A stretch of 64,000 bases of DNA from a bacterium (lineage in GTDB: Bacteria > Patescibacteriota > Minisyncoccia > UBA6257 > JAUSGH01), in the NCBI GenBank assembly GCA_030649055.1, contig JAUSGH010000007.1, positions 1,854-65,853 on the forward strand, given 5' to 3'. The stretch's first letter is position 1. Each line of letters opens with the position of its first letter. The notes below the pieces were generated by a model that was not told the origin of the DNA, ran no database searches, and saw only the letters and a list, made by a program, of their open reading frames with translations. Shown here piece by piece: positions 28,607 to 39,202 of the stretch. Made by a program: the position numbers and the translations under genes.

Positions 28607-30115
28607 TCACGCCGTCTCTGTCTTTAGCAATCGCATTTTTTCCGTCAACAGCACCAATCCCGCCGCGACAAAAATGAAATAGATCGGCTCAAATGCCATT
28701 CTCATCCGCGCGTCAATCGCGGCGCCAATAGGCAGCGTGACGACAACAAAGAAAAGGATAAGTGCCGCAAAGAAAAACGCAGAAATCCTCCGCCTTTCAG
28801 GCACCTCCTTTAAGAAAGGAGGAATCGGGGGCACTTCTCCCTTTCCTAAAGGGAGTACCCGAAGGCCGGTGAATTTTAAAAAACGAATCCAAAAAGGTGC
28901 CCGTGGGCTTGAGGGATTTGCAAAAAGCACCCAAGTGCCGCAGATGGCGCAAAACAACAAAAATGACCAAATGGCTCGCATAACGAATGGAATCACATAC
29001 GTCCCGCGTATATACGGAATAATCTCGCCGATTGCGCGCAACGGATGCTCTTGCAATAGCGCCATGGAAAGCGGAATCGGCGGCCGCTTCGGGTACGGTA
29101 GCAACCGCATTTCATTCAGCATCGTCAACAGATTGTCATGCGTAAAAATTGTATAGACGGAGAGCGGCTGAAGCAGCATCATTTGCAGCGGGTATTGTTT
29201 GAAAATCGCAAGCGCGCGTTTTTTAAGTTCCGGCGCGACCCGCGGGTCATACAACTCTTCGTCGGTACCGCGTGCCGTCACTCCATCGCGTCCGAGTTGT
29301 GTGAGAAAGTTATTAAATACGGGGTTAAATTGCTGATTCGTTGCCGCGGCGTATACCGTCGCCCCGAGGCGCGTGTACACGTTGTACCAACCCGACGTTG
29401 AAAGCGTAAACACGCCGAACACGCGTTCGTTGCGCATCATCCACGGGAAAATAATGAGGAATGAGGGGATGAGGAACAGCACGCAAGCCGCTATCGCACT
29501 TTTCCAATTGCGCCACGCAAGTGGAAAAATAAGGAAGATGATCACGATCGGCAAAAAATAAAGAAAGTACGGCCTCGTGATTGAGGAAATTGCGAAAAGC
29601 GCTCCCGCAACAACCGCGCGGCCGGGTGTTGGGATGTCCAAGTAGCGCACAACTGCCACCGCAAACAACGCAAGAAGAAAAATAAAAATGCCCTCGGTCG
29701 CGATACCGACTTGATGATAAATAAGATGCGGTTCAACGGCGGTCAAAAACCCCGCAACATACGCAACGCTCCTGCTCCCCGACGCCTTCCACGCGAGCCA
29801 GAGTATCATAACCGGCACGAGCGCGTTCAGAAATACTTGGAAAAGATTTGCCGGCCAAAACGTCCCGAACACTTTATAAAACACGGCGAGGAAAACAGGA
29901 TAACCGGGTGTGCGGTACGCATCCGGCGCGTACGGCGCGACAGCGCTCAACGAAAACCCGTGACCCTCGACGATATTTTTCGCAAGCGTCGTGTAATGCG
30001 TCGCGTCAACGAGATATAACCCCTCGGGTCCCGAACGCCAGATAAAAAAATCGAATGCGGCAAGGCGCAGGATGAATGCGAAAAGAAAAATGGTGATGAG
30101 CGCACGTTTATCCAT
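28607..30115 (-). CDS. GT-C (ArnT/PMT-like) membrane glycosyltransferase with in-frame repeat insertion
   Basis: DATHY..LA.N..EGHG, RTPGYPVF, ATE, ITRP, PWMMRN; insert NPSSPRAPF...PPFLKEVPERRRIS. Confidence 0.8.
   Translation of the reverse strand: MDKRALITIFLFAFILRLAAFDFFIWRSGPEGLYLVDATHYTTLAKNIVEGHGFSLSAVAPYAPDAYRTPGYPVFLAVFYKVFGTFWPANLFQVFLNALVPVMILWLAWKASGSRSVAYVAGFLTAVEPHLIYHQVGIATEGIFIFLLALFAVAVVRYLDIPTPGRAVVAGALFAISSITRPYFLYFLPIVIIFLIFPLAWRNWKSAIAACVLFLIPSFLIIFPWMMRNERVFGVFTLSTSGWYNVYTRLGATVYAAATNQQFNPVFNNFLTQLGRDGVTARGTDEELYDPRVAPELKKRALAIFKQYPLQMMLLQPLSVYTIFTHDNLLTMLNEMRLLPYPKRPPIPLSMALLQEHPLRAIGEIIPYIRGTYVIPFVMRAIWSFLLFCAICGTWVLFANPSSPRAPFWIRFLKFTGLRVLPLGKGEVPPIPPFLKEVPERRRISAFFFAALILFFVVVTLPIGAAIDARMRMAFEPIYFIFVAAGLVLLTEKMRLLKTETA
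28783..28919. repeat. Family D palindromic element inside CDS
   Basis: aaatcctccgcctttcaggcacctcctttaagaaaggagga...ctccctttcctaaagggag...gagggattt. Confidence 0.8.
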
Positions 30116-30133
30116 AATATTTTCTATATGTAG

Positions 30134-30204
30134 CCCTTCGATAAACTCAGGGACTATTATTTCCTGAGCAAAGGTCCGATGAACATCGGACCGCAATCGA
30201 AGGA
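30134..30204. repeat. REP-like element, family C
   Basis: cccttcgataaactcaggg...ttcctgagc...tcgaagga with inner hairpin ggtccgatg-aa-catcggacc. Confidence 0.7.
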
Positions 30205-30211
30205 ATACCTT

Positions 30212-31978
30212 TTATAACTGATAAAGATAAATATCGTTATCAAAATCCCCGATAAGCAGCGGGCGATGAAGCGACTCATAGACCCAATCTTTCAATGGCC
30301 CGTCGGAGGCAACGTAATCAACGCGATAGCGCCGCAATGCCTCAAGAAAATCCTCATTCATAAACTCCGTAAAATCCTGTTCGCGCGCGCGAAGCAACCC
30401 ATCAATCCATCGCTCGTCAAAAAATACAAGATCGCGCCAATCCCGGCGAAAATGATCGCGGATCCACGTGCGATGTTCTATTAAAAACGCGCGGACGGTA
30501 CGCGACGTCACACCGTTCACGCGCATGAGCGTCAAAATATTATGCAGCACGCGCGCTTCCGCGTTATAACTCGCTTGCATCCACCCGTTCGCGTAGTCAT
30601 TGCACTGCGTAAATGCGGGTATGAGCCGCGTCAGCTTTTCCTCCACGCCTTCAGCGGAAAGCACGACGCAATCGTCAGGAGCATTCGCACGAAGCCACGA
30701 AAGCACGCCGTCGTATGTTTGAATGGAACGGAACTCCGGAATTTGATACGCGTATGTCCGCGCCGCCATAACGCCGTAGAAAAGCGCGAACGCCGAAACG
30801 CCGAGCATGCCCGCGGCCCATAATCTCGGAAGCCGCGGCCGAAACACGAAAGCGAGCGCCGCCATAACGGCAACAACGGCAAGCGGCGTGGTGTATTGCA
30901 CGAAGTGGTACGGCCAGATCGTTTTTCCGGTTATGATCTGCTGATTCAAGGCCCAAAGTCCGCCCAAAATAAGCGCGGAGCAAAACCACCACCGGTGAGG
31001 AAGCGCTACTCCCTCTCGTTTGCTCTTGCGGTACGCGGCGATAAGACATGAGATGAATATGAGCAACGCGAGAAATAACACCTTGTTCGCAATGGGCGCG
31101 TGCGTCAAGAGCAACCCGTTCTGCGCGTATATCCGGTCAGCTTCAGGAATCGCCGCCACCGCGCGCATGTTGTACCAATACGGAGCGGCAAGCATGAACC
31201 CGACGGCAACGGCGAGCGCGAGCCGTTTAAGAAATGTGTAGTCACGCAAGACAAACGCAATGGCGCCGAGAACTCCGGCAACCGAAAGCGCCATCCCCCA
31301 TGTAAAAAAATATCCGAACATCAGCGCGAACACGGCACCCGCGGCAACAACGACGCCAACGCTCGGGCGGCGCATCAGTTGCCACAACAAAAGCAAGAAT
31401 GTAAAAAGCAGTATCGCGCCCGTCACGGGATTCACCGGCCTGGCCCAAAGCGACCACGCGAAAAATTGCGCCTTGCCGTTTAAAACCGGCAAAAGACTAT
31501 TGTAGTCCACAAGACCGTAGCCGGTAGTCGCGAGCAATCCTCCGGCAACGCTGGCGAGCTTTCGCGCGTACTCCGGTTCCGCATCGGTCAGTCGGTAAAG
31601 CAATATATAAATCAAAAAAAACAAAACCGCGGGAAAGAAAAATTTCGCGAAAATAAGCGCGGAGACAAACGATGCGCCAAAGAACACCGGCCACATATAC
31701 GCATATTCGCCGATGGGATACAAGAATGGCGGGGCGTTTTTGTATTCATATATAAATGGCGAGCTCACCCAACCATGGCCATCCAGAATCTCGTGCATGC
31801 GCGCGACATAAAAACTGTTGTCATCCAGCGTCAAAAGATGAGCGCCTTTATAATCAGCGCCTAACGCGCGGATGGCCAACAGTTGTGGAGCAACCGCAAG
31901 TCCACCGACGACAACAGCAAAAAGAAGCGCGATCCAATGGCGCTGAAAGAAAAATTTTATACGTGCAGCGTAACTCAT
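30212..31978 (-). CDS. Polytopic membrane protein, GT-C-like
   Basis: TLDDNSFY acidic loop after TM1, ~12 TM helices, soluble C-terminal domain ending YRVDYV. Confidence 0.55.
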   Translation of the reverse strand: MSYAARIKFFFQRHWIALLFAVVVGGLAVAPQLLAIRALGADYKGAHLLTLDDNSFYVARMHEILDGHGWVSSPFIYEYKNAPPFLYPIGEYAYMWPVFFGASFVSALIFAKFFFPAVLFFLIYILLYRLTDAEPEYARKLASVAGGLLATTGYGLVDYNSLLPVLNGKAQFFAWSLWARPVNPVTGAILLFTFLLLLWQLMRRPSVGVVVAAGAVFALMFGYFFTWGMALSVAGVLGAIAFVLRDYTFLKRLALAVAVGFMLAAPYWYNMRAVAAIPEADRIYAQNGLLLTHAPIANKVLFLALLIFISCLIAAYRKSKREGVALPHRWWFCSALILGGLWALNQQIITGKTIWPYHFVQYTTPLAVVAVMAALAFVFRPRLPRLWAAGMLGVSAFALFYGVMAARTYAYQIPEFRSIQTYDGVLSWLRANAPDDCVVLSAEGVEEKLTRLIPAFTQCNDYANGWMQASYNAEARVLHNILTLMRVNGVTSRTVRAFLIEHRTWIRDHFRRDWRDLVFFDERWIDGLLRAREQDFTEFMNEDFLEALRRYRVDYVASDGPLKDWVYESLHRPLLIGDFDNDIYLYQL

Positions 31979-32047
31979 AACCGGCGTCCTGCGCCATTCG
32001 CATTATTTACCCTCATTCGCATTACAGTTCGACAGTGCTCACTGTCA

Positions 32048-33013
32048 TTATACCCTGAGCTTGTCGAAGGGTTCGCGATTACTCCTCCCGTTAATGACTT
32101 CCGACACAATCCCGATGGGCCGATGTTTCACTTCTTCATAAATCCTCGCCAAGTATTCCGCGATAACCGAAAGCGAGAGTAGCTGTACCGCGCCCAAAAA
32201 TAACATGAATACGAACATGGTGAGGTATCCTCGCGGCGCCGGGAAAAAGAAATACAACGCGGTATAGACGACAATCGCAATGCCCGCGAGAACCGTCACG
32301 ATTGCCGCGACATACGAAATAAGCTCCAGCGGTTTATACGAAAATGCGACAATCATCCGCTTCGCCCATTTGAAAAGCTCAAAAAAACTGTTAGTGCTTA
32401 CTCCCGAATACCGTTCATCACGAGTATACGGAACTCCGATAGAACGGAAGCCAACATACGCACGCATACCGCGAATATAACGATCAACTTCGCCAAAGCC
32501 ATTGATGACGTCGAGCGCCTTCCGGCCAATGAGCGAAAACTCGCCCGCATCCAATGGAATGTCGATGTAAGACATCTTGCGGAACACGCGGTAAAACGCT
32601 TTATAGAAAAACCGCATGAGCAAACTCGCCTTCCGCCGCGTCCGACGCCCATACACGATGGTGTATCCCGCAAGCCATTGCTTCACAAATTCCGGAAAAA
32701 GCTCCGGCGGGTCCTGAATGTCACCGTCCAAAAGAATCACCGCGTCGCCGTCCGCGTAACGCATGCCGGTGGTATACGCCACCTGTCCGCCGAAATTGCG
32801 CGAATGATTCAATACAATGAGATGTTTGTCTTTTGCCGCGATCTCGCGAAGTACGTCCAGGGCGTTATCCGGACTCGCATCGTTCACGTAAATAAGCTCC
32901 CAATTCGGCGTAATGCCGCGCATCACTTCCGTGACACGCCGGTGCATTTCTTTGACACTCCCCTCGTCATTCCAGCAAATAACGATGATGGAAATTTTTT
33001 TATCGGTGAGCAT
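32048..33013 (-). CDS. GtrB/ArnC-like polyprenyl-phosphate glycosyltransferase (GT2)
   Basis: VNDASPD, SRNFGGQ, LDGDIQDPP, GEFSLI, two C-terminal TM helices; tail PFDKLRV is repeat-derived. Confidence 0.9.
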   Translation of the reverse strand: MLTDKKISIIVICWNDEGSVKEMHRRVTEVMRGITPNWELIYVNDASPDNALDVLREIAAKDKHLIVLNHSRNFGGQVAYTTGMRYADGDAVILLDGDIQDPPELFPEFVKQWLAGYTIVYGRRTRRKASLLMRFFYKAFYRVFRKMSYIDIPLDAGEFSLIGRKALDVINGFGEVDRYIRGMRAYVGFRSIGVPYTRDERYSGVSTNSFFELFKWAKRMIVAFSYKPLELISYVAAIVTVLAGIAIVVYTALYFFFPAPRGYLTMFVFMLFLGAVQLLSLSVIAEYLARIYEEVKHRPIGIVSEVINGRSNREPFDKLRV

Positions 33014-33099
33014 AGTTTTATTACCTAGTCATCATAGCGGCTTTATACGGTTGCCGTATGCGGCACATGAACCAATGATGCCGCAAAAATTGCAAGAAA

Positions 33100-34263
33100 T
33101 CAAACACAAGCGATGCGTTGGAGAAGTTGCTCAAACGCCTTTGCCGGCTCATGATAATCAAGCTCTTCGACGCGCGCGAATCCTTTTTCGATCAACGCGC
33201 CGGCAAGCGCTTCGTCATTCATCAACGACCCGATTTTTTTTGCCAAGTCATCAGCATTCTGATCCTCAAAGGCGAATCCCGCGTCACCCGTAAACCATTG
33301 TAACGCTCCGCCCCGTGGAACAATCGTCGGCACGCCGACGCCCATGGAATACACCACGAGCGCCGAGGCGATTTCCGGACGCCAGCACGGCAGAATAAAA
33401 CAATCGGCACGCTGCAACTGCGCGTACAATTCATCCATAGAAAGCCAGCCGGGAAATTCAACCTTGTCCGCGACGCCAAGATCGTGGGCAAGTTTTTGAA
33501 GTGGCCGGAGCTCCGGTCCGTCGCCGGCGACGACAACGCGAACGCGCTTGCGTTCCGGCATTTTTGCGACCGCGGTGAGCACAAGGTCAAACCCCTTCTC
33601 CCACACCATCCTGCCTCCGGTAAAAATAGTGAACTCGCCTTCTTGTCGCGCGCGGACAGCGCGTTTATGCCGAAGTATGTCTTCCGCGTCAAGAAAATCA
33701 AAGATAAAAAAAGATTTTTTCACGTCAAGCCCGAATCGGATATAACGATCACGGAGCATTGGCGAACAATATACGAAACCGTCAATATGATTCGCGAGAT
33801 AAATGCCGATTGTTTTTTCAATAACATATCGGATATTTCGCCGTAGCTCTGCGAACGTCCGCGTCACGGAAAACTTCTCTCTTCTTTTACGAAAAGGTGG
33901 GAAGGAAGTTTGTTCCCGGTTCAAGCCCGCTACAACCGGAGTTCGCCCCCCGAGCATGCGGTACAGCCCCGCGCCATACAAAGACACTGTACCATCAACG
34001 TGAAATACGTCCGCGCGTTTCTCGTATTTTTTAAGCATTCCGTACACACCATAATGGATGGCGAGCTGCCCCGAAGTGCCGATACGCTCCTCAATAACGG
34101 GGTATGCCGAAGGAATTGCCCCGCGGTTAATTCCGGGAAAAAGCGTGACGACAGTCACGTTGTGACCAAGCGCTTTCAATGCCCGCAATTTCAGATCAAG
34201 TTCCGGCGTTGAGTATCCTCCGGTTTCAAAATTAAGTTTTGTGGTAAAAAAGATGATGCGCAT
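33100..34263 (-). CDS. Glycosyltransferase family 4
   Basis: GRMVWEKG, AGDGPE, VEFPGW, ADCFILP. Confidence 0.85.
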   Translation of the reverse strand: MRIIFFTTKLNFETGGYSTPELDLKLRALKALGHNVTVVTLFPGINRGAIPSAYPVIEERIGTSGQLAIHYGVYGMLKKYEKRADVFHVDGTVSLYGAGLYRMLGGRTPVVAGLNREQTSFPPFRKRREKFSVTRTFAELRRNIRYVIEKTIGIYLANHIDGFVYCSPMLRDRYIRFGLDVKKSFFIFDFLDAEDILRHKRAVRARQEGEFTIFTGGRMVWEKGFDLVLTAVAKMPERKRVRVVVAGDGPELRPLQKLAHDLGVADKVEFPGWLSMDELYAQLQRADCFILPCWRPEIASALVVYSMGVGVPTIVPRGGALQWFTGDAGFAFEDQNADDLAKKIGSLMNDEALAGALIEKGFARVEELDYHEPAKAFEQLLQRIACV

Positions 34264-34272
34264 ATGCGTGCC

Positions 34273-34341
34273 GTCATTCTGAGCAGGACGAAGAATCTCT
34301 AAGAGATCCTTCGGCCCCGTTTAGCGGGGCCTCATGATGAC
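34273..34341. repeat. REP-like element, family B (overlaps GT2 stop)
   Basis: gtcattctgag...gaagaatctc..gagatccttc...tcatgatgac. Confidence 0.7.
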
Positions 34342-35042
34342 CGCGAGAAAAATTTCCACCAAATAATCTTCAGCAGCAACACCGCGTGGCGACGGAACTC
34401 GCGCGCGTAATTAAGCTTGGATACGCCGAATTGCCGCGCCGTGAGCTCCGCGGGGATTTCAACAAACGTCCTGCCTTTGAATACCAGTTTGAACAAAATC
34501 TCCGCGTTAATTTCGTATCCCTTACTCGTTAAATGCAACTCCTTCAACTGCGGCGTCTTGTAGAGCCGAAGAATTTGATTAATGGAGGTAACCGGTTTCC
34601 CTAAAAGCGTTGCGTACACTAAATTCGCCATTTTACTCACAAACAAACGGTACGCCGGAATGTCTTTGGCGTAACCGCCCAGCTTAGGCGAACCAATGAC
34701 AAAATCAACATCATTCGCCTCAAGCGCACTAAGAAGCGCGGGGATAAGTTTGGGGTGGAACGTCAGGTCGGAATCAAGAAAAACAATGAGATCGCCCGTT
34801 GCGCCCGCAATCCCCGTCCGCATCGCGGCGGAAAGTCCCTGATTTTTTTCGTGCGCGACAAGACGGACGCGTGCGTCGTGAATATTTTTTATTTCTCGCG
34901 CAGTACCATCAGCTGAACCGTCATCAACAAGCACCACTTCACTATCCATACCTAAGACATCAAGCACTGGCAAAAGCTCCGGCGCGAAACGTCGCACGTT
35001 CTCTTCTTCGTTAAAGCACGGGATGATGACGGATAATTTCAT
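34332..35042 (-). CDS. DPM1-like GT2
   Basis: IPCFNEE, VDDGSAD, FLDSDL, R.FGVSKL. Confidence 0.88.
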   Translation of the reverse strand: MKLSVIIPCFNEEENVRRFAPELLPVLDVLGMDSEVVLVDDGSADGTAREIKNIHDARVRLVAHEKNQGLSAAMRTGIAGATGDLIVFLDSDLTFHPKLIPALLSALEANDVDFVIGSPKLGGYAKDIPAYRLFVSKMANLVYATLLGKPVTSINQILRLYKTPQLKELHLTSKGYEINAEILFKLVFKGRTFVEIPAELTARQFGVSKLNYAREFRRHAVLLLKIIWWKFFSRSS

Positions 35043-35049
35043 GGTATGT

Positions 35050-35147
35050 GTCATTCCGGGCTTGACCCGGAATCCAGTACACCTAACTTTATAATCATAT
35101 TCTGGATTCCCGCTGGAGTTTATCCGCCTTCGGCGGGCGGGAATGAC
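35050..35147. mobile_element. Non-autonomous family A element (GIY-YIG-cassette ends, no gene)
   Basis: Left end identical to 26787-26814; right end ctggattcccgc...gcgggaatgac. Confidence 0.7.
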
Positions 35148-35165
35148 AGATGAAACGAAACCGCG

Positions 35166-36248
35166 CTATAACCCGATGTTCTTTTCTAATATATCCAGCA
35201 TATTCTTCGCGACATTTTTTCCATACGGATGCCGCCAATTCGGCTTTTTCTTCGCCATAAGCTTGGTCTTCTGCAAAATAGATTTCGGCTCATAGCCGGA
35301 AAGCATGTTTGATCCGAGAGCAAGCGTCTCCTGCCGTTCGGTGTTCGGCCGAAGCGAAACAACCGGAACATGCAAAATGCATCCTTCTTCCTGTAACCCC
35401 CCGGAGTCCGTGAGAATAACTTTCGCGTGCGCGAGCAGCGCCAAGAAGTCAAAATAACCGGCCGGCTCAATAAGCGTTACTCCGCGCGGGACAGTCAACC
35501 CGAACTCGGCCATATTCTTTTTTGCCCGCGGATGCATCGGATAAATCACCGGGAGTTTGAAGTGCGCCGCGACTTGCCCCAAGCCCGCGAGAATGTTTGA
35601 GAAGTTTTTCGGGTCGTCCACCGCGCCTGCGCGATGCACCGTCGCGAGAAAATATTTTCCTTTCTCCAATCCCAACGTCTGGTGTATCACGCTCTCACGC
35701 TCGGAACGCGGGAGCATTTCCGCGACAACATCCGCAATAAGGTTTCCGGTGACAAAAACGTTCTTTGTGATACCCTCTTTCTTTAAATGCGCGCGCTGAA
35801 GTTTCGTCGGCGCAAAAATATAATTCGCGAGCCGGTCCACCACAAGCCGATTTATCTCCTCGGGCATGGTCCGATCATAGGAGCGCAGCCCTCCCTCAAG
35901 CTGGATAATCGGAATGTTCAGTTTTGCGGCGGTGAGGGCCCCAGCAATGGCGCTGTTCGGGTCCGCATACACAACAACGGCATCCGGCTTCTCTTTCATA
36001 AGCACAGCTTCAATCCCGATCATCATATTGCCCACTTGCAAGCCTTGCGTGCCCGAACCGACGCCAAGATTATATGCGGCTTGCGGCAACGCGAAGTTTT
36101 CCCAGAACACCCTGTCCATTTGCGCCGAATAATGCTGGCCCGTATGGATAATAAAAAAATCGCGCTCCCGCGCTTCAAGGCCCTTGATGAACGGAGACAT
36201 CTTGATAATCTCCGGCCGCGTTCCGAAAATAAGTGCGAGTTTCGTCAT
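35166..36248 (-). CDS. wecB: UDP-N-acetylglucosamine 2-epimerase (non-hydrolysing)
   Basis: GTRPEIIK, HTGQHY, EGGLRS, PEEINR, TDSGGLQEE. Confidence 0.92.
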   Translation of the reverse strand: MTKLALIFGTRPEIIKMSPFIKGLEARERDFFIIHTGQHYSAQMDRVFWENFALPQAAYNLGVGSGTQGLQVGNMMIGIEAVLMKEKPDAVVVYADPNSAIAGALTAAKLNIPIIQLEGGLRSYDRTMPEEINRLVVDRLANYIFAPTKLQRAHLKKEGITKNVFVTGNLIADVVAEMLPRSERESVIHQTLGLEKGKYFLATVHRAGAVDDPKNFSNILAGLGQVAAHFKLPVIYPMHPRAKKNMAEFGLTVPRGVTLIEPAGYFDFLALLAHAKVILTDSGGLQEEGCILHVPVVSLRPNTERQETLALGSNMLSGYEPKSILQKTKLMAKKKPNWRHPYGKNVAKNMLDILEKNIGL

Positions 36249-36266
36249 CTTCTTACTCCATACTTC

Positions 36267-37181
36267 TTACTTCTTCCCACGCCATGCAATATAACGGTCA
36301 ATACCCTCATAAATGTTTACTGCCGACTCCCAACCAAGCAACCGCTTTGCTTTAGATGAATCCGCGATCATGTTGGACGCCTCTCCAGGCCTACCGTCGG
36401 CGTAAATCACTTTTCCATTCAATTTTTTCGCGACGTACTCGGCGATGTCTTTGATACGCGTCGCGTGACCGCTCCCAAAATTTACAACCTCGCCACGAAG
36501 CTCGGGGTGGTCCAAAAGCATTTCATACGCGCGAACGACGTCGGAAATATATACATAATCACGCGTCTGCTCCCCCGTACCGAACACGGTAATCGGTTTG
36601 CCCGCCAACGCGCGGCCGACAAAAATCGGAATCACGGCGCCGAATGTCCCCTCCTTCTGTCGCTCACCAAAGATATTAAAAAATCGGGCGATGGTCACCG
36701 GCGTTTTATACGTTTGCGCGTACGCGAAACACAGCCGGTCAGCGGCAGCTTTTGAAGCGGCGTACGGGCTCATCGGACGGAGTTCGGCATTTTCCGCGAC
36801 CGGCGCCCGTTCCGGCAAACCATACACCTCGCACGAAGACGTGAGGATCATCCGCGTTCCGGTTTTTTTGACTGCTTCAAGCACGTTGTATGTGCCGCGC
36901 ACATTCACCTCCATCGTCTCCCACGGGTGGGCAATTGACTCGTCCACGTTGACTCTAGCGCCAAGATGAAAAACAACATCCTTCCCGCGCATAGCCTTTT
37001 CGGTCACTTCGGCATCGGTGATTGAACCCCAAAGCACGCGACAACCTTCAAGATATTGTTCGTTGCCGGAGGCCTGCGGCGTAAGGGTGTTTAACACCGT
37101 CACCGCGTGCCCTAAACCAAGCATCTTTTGCGCCAAATGCGTCCCCTGAAACCCAGCCCCACCGGTGATAAGAATGTTCAT
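36267..37181 (-). CDS. NAD-dependent sugar epimerase/dehydratase
   Basis: TGGAGFQG, SSCEVYG, YAASK, RDYVYISD. Confidence 0.88.
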   Translation of the reverse strand: MNILITGGAGFQGTHLAQKMLGLGHAVTVLNTLTPQASGNEQYLEGCRVLWGSITDAEVTEKAMRGKDVVFHLGARVNVDESIAHPWETMEVNVRGTYNVLEAVKKTGTRMILTSSCEVYGLPERAPVAENAELRPMSPYAASKAAADRLCFAYAQTYKTPVTIARFFNIFGERQKEGTFGAVIPIFVGRALAGKPITVFGTGEQTRDYVYISDVVRAYEMLLDHPELRGEVVNFGSGHATRIKDIAEYVAKKLNGKVIYADGRPGEASNMIADSSKAKRLLGWESAVNIYEGIDRYIAWRGKK

Positions 37182-37244
37182 AAAAATGCAACAAATATCA
37201 TATAGACAAGAGTTATACAGATGTATATACTATATACATTATCC

Positions 37245-38141
37245 ATGCCTAACGTCAACAAATTGAAGGTCGGAATCATCGGAACCGGCAACATCGGGAG
37301 CGATTTGCTCATGAAAGTCATGCGCTCGCCGTTTTTGACGTGTGGCATGTTCACCGGACGAGATAAAGACTCCGCCGGCATCGCACGCGCGAAAAAACTC
37401 GGCGTGCCAACCTCGCACGAATCCATTAAGGCGATCATTGACGACCCTGCGTGTTGCGACATCGTATGCGACGCGACCTCGGCCGCGGTACACGCCGAGC
37501 ACGCCGCGATATTAAAAAAACTAGGGAAATTCACCATTGACCTTACCCCGTCGCGCATCGGCGTGCCCTGCATTCCCATTTTAAACCTTGACGAAGCGTT
37601 GGAAGCCGATAACGTGAGCTTAATCACGTGCGGAGGACAAAGTGTCATCCCCATCGCGCGAGCGATCATGGAGGTCCACCCCGAGACCGAATACATTGAG
37701 CTCGTCGGAAGCATCGCGTCCAAATCCGCGGGTCCGGGAACACGCGCGAACATTGAGGAATACATCCGGACGACCCGCAGCGCGCTCGAAAAGTTTTCCG
37801 GCGTGCCGCGCGGCAAAGTCATTCTTATCTTGAACCCCGTGGAACCGCCAATTCATATGCACAATACGGTGTACGCGCAGATTCCGCATCCGGACATTCC
37901 CGCATTGCGTAAAAAAATTATGGCCGTCGTGAAACGCATCCAAGCATATGTGCCCGGTTATCGTTTGTCGGTAGGACCTATCGCGCGGCAAGACAGAGTC
38001 ACCGTTGTGACGGAAGTTGTTGGTGCCGAAGATTTTTTGCCGGCGTACGCGGGCAATCTTGATATCATCACCTGCGCGGCCGTCAAAGTCGCCGAAGCGT
38101 ACGCCGAAAAGCACGTGGCTGGGCGACGCAAAAAGCGGTAA
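37245..38141 (+). CDS. dmpF: Acetaldehyde dehydrogenase (acylating), DmpF/MhpF family
   Basis: GTGNIGSDL, DATSA..H, IDLTP, ITCGGQ, SAGPGTRANI, YAGNLDI. Confidence 0.92.
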   Translation: MPNVNKLKVGIIGTGNIGSDLLMKVMRSPFLTCGMFTGRDKDSAGIARAKKLGVPTSHESIKAIIDDPACCDIVCDATSAAVHAEHAAILKKLGKFTIDLTPSRIGVPCIPILNLDEALEADNVSLITCGGQSVIPIARAIMEVHPETEYIELVGSIASKSAGPGTRANIEEYIRTTRSALEKFSGVPRGKVILILNPVEPPIHMHNTVYAQIPHPDIPALRKKIMAVVKRIQAYVPGYRLSVGPIARQDRVTVVTEVVGAEDFLPAYAGNLDIITCAAVKVAEAYAEKHVAGRRKKR

Positions 38142-38158
38142 CTTCAAACACTGACGCC

Positions 38159-39193
38159 ATGAACGACATCAAAATTTTTGATTCAACCCTGCGCGACGGC
38201 TCGCACGCCATCGCGCACACCCTAACACCGGAAAACGTCGCTCGGTACTGCCGGGCGATTGACGGCTCCGGCGTGCACGTGGTCATCGTCGGGCACGGGA
38301 ACGGTCTTGGCGCCTCATCACTTCAAGTGGGACTTTCTTCCGCGTCAGACGAGGCACTGCTCAAAGCCGCGCGCAAAGAATTAAAACACACAAAGCTGGG
38401 TGTCCTTATTTTCCCGGGCTTTGGCACCATCGAAGACGACCTGAAACCGGCGCTCGCGCTCGGCACGGACGTCATACTTGTCGCGGCGCACTGCACCGAG
38501 GCAGACCTCACCGCGCAATACATTTCTTACGCGAAGACGCAAAAAAAAGAGGTGTACGGAATGCTGATGATGTATCACATGACGACCAAAGAGCGCTTGC
38601 TTACGGAAGCTAAAAAAATGGAAGGGTATGGCGCGCAAGGGCTGCTGTTAATGGACTCCGCCGGCGCCTCAACTCCCGCGCTGGTCAAAGAAACCGTTTC
38701 CCATCTCGTAGGAAACCTCTCTATTCCCGTGGGGTTCCACGCGCACAATAATTTGGGGATGGCGGTCGCGCACACATGGATCGCTCTCGAAGCCGGGGCG
38801 CGTATCGTTGACGGCACCGTCAAGGGTTTTGGCGCGGGCGCGGGCAATTGCGCGCTTGAAGTCTTAACCGCGCTGCTGCAGAAAATGGGTTATAAAACGC
38901 CGACGAATCTCTATAAACTCATGGACGCGGGCGATGAACTGGAGCGCTCCATTATGAAAAAACCGCAGGAGATCAGCTCCATCAGCATCGCAAGCGCTCT
39001 CGCCGGTGTATTTTCCGGCTTTGCGCGGCCAGTGAAACGCGCGGCGGAGATCTATGGCGTTGATCCGCGCGACATCTTTAAGATATTGGGCGAGCGCCGC
39101 ATTATCGTCGGGCAGGAAGACATGGTGTTTGAAATCGCCATGGAGCTGGCTAAACTGAAGAAGGGCAAAAGCAATAAAGCAATAAAGCAATAA
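38159..39193 (+). CDS. dmpG: 4-hydroxy-2-oxovalerate aldolase, DmpG/MhpE family
   Basis: DSTLRDGSH, HGNGLGASS, HCTEAD, GFHAHNNLG, GAGAGN. Confidence 0.92.
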   Translation: MNDIKIFDSTLRDGSHAIAHTLTPENVARYCRAIDGSGVHVVIVGHGNGLGASSLQVGLSSASDEALLKAARKELKHTKLGVLIFPGFGTIEDDLKPALALGTDVILVAAHCTEADLTAQYISYAKTQKKEVYGMLMMYHMTTKERLLTEAKKMEGYGAQGLLLMDSAGASTPALVKETVSHLVGNLSIPVGFHAHNNLGMAVAHTWIALEAGARIVDGTVKGFGAGAGNCALEVLTALLQKMGYKTPTNLYKLMDAGDELERSIMKKPQEISSISIASALAGVFSGFARPVKRAAEIYGVDPRDIFKILGERRIIVGQEDMVFEIAMELAKLKKGKSNKAIKQ

Positions 39194-39196
39194 AAC
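39166..39196 (+). repeat. 8-mer array (GCAATAAA)n providing dmpG stop
   Basis: aaaagcaataaagcaataaagcaataaaac. Confidence 0.75.
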
Positions 39197-39202
39197 GCTA
39201 CC

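Noticed and set aside
37245-39193. Aromatic meta-cleavage pathway
   Set aside because: No dioxygenase, hydrolase or hydratase genes; the context is sugar biosynthesis
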